From positions 6,587 through 70,586 of the forward strand of contig JBDLIA010000005.1 of NCBI GenBank assembly GCA_039715185.1: DNA of 64,000 nucleotides, given 5' to 3'. The translations under genes were made by a program, and so were the position numbers. Origin of the DNA: Gemmatimonadota bacterium. Its GTDB lineage: Bacteria; Gemmatimonadota; Gemmatimonadetes; Longimicrobiales; RSA9. Position 1 is the first letter of the stretch, and every line of letters begins with the position of its first letter. The notes beneath the pieces were generated by a model, which saw only the letters and a list, made by a program, of their open reading frames with translations, was not told the origin of the DNA and searched no databases. This document shows positions 63,169 to 64,000 of the stretch, piece by piece.

Positions 63169-64000
63169 CTACGCCTCTCCTGGTCGCAGCTGCGTCCTCG
63201 CCAGCACCGGAACCTGCTCGGCCTCGGGCTCGCGCTCGCCCGCAGGCCGACGATCGTACTCCTCGTCGGCCTGGCCGCCGCTTCCGCCCGTCCCGGTGGC
63301 GTCCACTTCGTCGGCGTAGGTGTAGTGGCCCCGGAACCAGTCGGCGAGGTCGTCGGTGATGGAGTACATCACGGGTACCAAGACCAGCGTCAGGAACGTG
63401 GCGAACAGGATCCCCACGATCACCGCGACCGCCATCGGACCCCACCACTTGGCCTGGATGCCGCCCCAGTACATCTCGGGACTGAGCGAACCGTACAGGC
63501 CGAAGAAGTCGAAGTTCAGCCCTATCGCCAGCGGCACCAGTCCGAGCGCCGTGGTGATCGCCGTCAGCACCACCGGCCGGAAGCGGGTCTTGCCGCCCAC
63601 CACCAGCGCCTCGCGCCGGTCCATGCCCTCGCGCTCGCGCAGGATGTCGATGTAGTCGATCAGGATGATCGCGTTGTTGACGACGATGCCCGCGAGCGAG
63701 ATCACTCCGACGCCGGTCATTATGATCCCGAACGGCATGCGGAAGATCATGAGGCCCACCAGCACTCCGACCGTCGACATGATGACCGAGGTCAGGATGA
63801 TGAAAGGCTTGATCACCGAGTTGAACTGCGAGATCAGGATCAGCGCGATCAACGCCAGCGCGAAGAAGAACGCGGTCGTCAGGAACGCGGACGCCTCCGC
63901 CTGGTCCTCGGACTGGCCGCCGAAACGCAGCGAGTACCCCGCCGGCAGGTCCGCCGAGAAGTCGCTCACCACGCCGCGCACCTCCGCCAGCACGGCGTTG
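63169..64000 (-). CDS. RND (AcrB/HAE1-type) efflux permease, C-terminal part; 5' end outside window
   Basis: The frame stays open to the window edge. Typical C-terminal TM bundle: FNSVIKPFIILTSVIMSTVGVLVGL...GVISLAGIVVNNAIILIDYI...RFRPVVLTAITTALGLVPLA. Confidence 0.9.
   Translation of the reverse strand, partial: NAVLAEVRGVVSDFSADLPAGYSLRFGGQSEDQAEASAFLTTAFFFALALIALILISQFNSVIKPFIILTSVIMSTVGVLVGLMIFRMPFGIIMTGVGVISLAGIVVNNAIILIDYIDILREREGMDRREALVVGGKTRFRPVVLTAITTALGLVPLAIGLNFDFFGLYGSLSPEMYWGGIQAKWWGPMAVAVIVGILFATFLTLVLVPVMYSITDDLADWFRGHYTYADEVDATGTGGSGGQADEEYDRRPAGEREPEAEQVPVLARTQLRPGEA

Overview
GC-rich, gene-dense bacterial chromosomal window with about 46 protein genes. Many sit in translationally coupled operons with ATGA, GTGA or TGATG start/stop overlaps. 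Gene content in order:
- GntR + SPFH pair, then LysR + quinone-oxidoreductase-like dehydrogenase.
- Type IV pilus motor genes pilB-pilT-pilC (- strand), then mobB.
- A Thermus-type respiratory nitrate reductase locus: rrf2 (nsrR-like)-narC-narG-narH-narJ-narI, two NarK-type MFS transporters and an alginate-export-family outer-membrane porin.
- comEA-like gene, M28 peptidase and a 2157-aa SprA-like protein (T9SS translocon family).
- lptF-lptG.
- A - strand block: menF-menD-menB-menA-menE-(secreted hypothetical)-dapF.
- Amidohydrolase, DinB-family protein and a TPR membrane protein.
- A methionine block: metH-(duplicated FtsX-type permease)-homocysteine methyltransferase/MTHFR fusion. It is preceded by a long leader that ends in an intrinsic-terminator-like hairpin.
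- MBL hydrolase-GNAT-exonuclease III, an LVIVD lipoprotein, and the 3' part of an RND pump.
I recognised no rRNA, tRNA, CRISPR array, transposase or integrase.
The most unusual signal is non-coding: a family of CTAG-delimited palindromic intergenic elements at four loci (18865-18897, 34453-34493, 45554-45741, 56978-57159). Two of them are 170-182 nt extended hairpins. They share a purine-rich core (GACGAG - apical hairpin - GAGGAG-N4-AACGAC), while their stems differ in sequence but still pair. They could be a MITE/REP-like family, an undescribed structured RNA, or both.
A taxonomic guess of an FCB-group, Gemmatimonadota-like organism rests only on SprA, the orphan duplicated FtsX permease and the high GC content. 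It is low-confidence inference.
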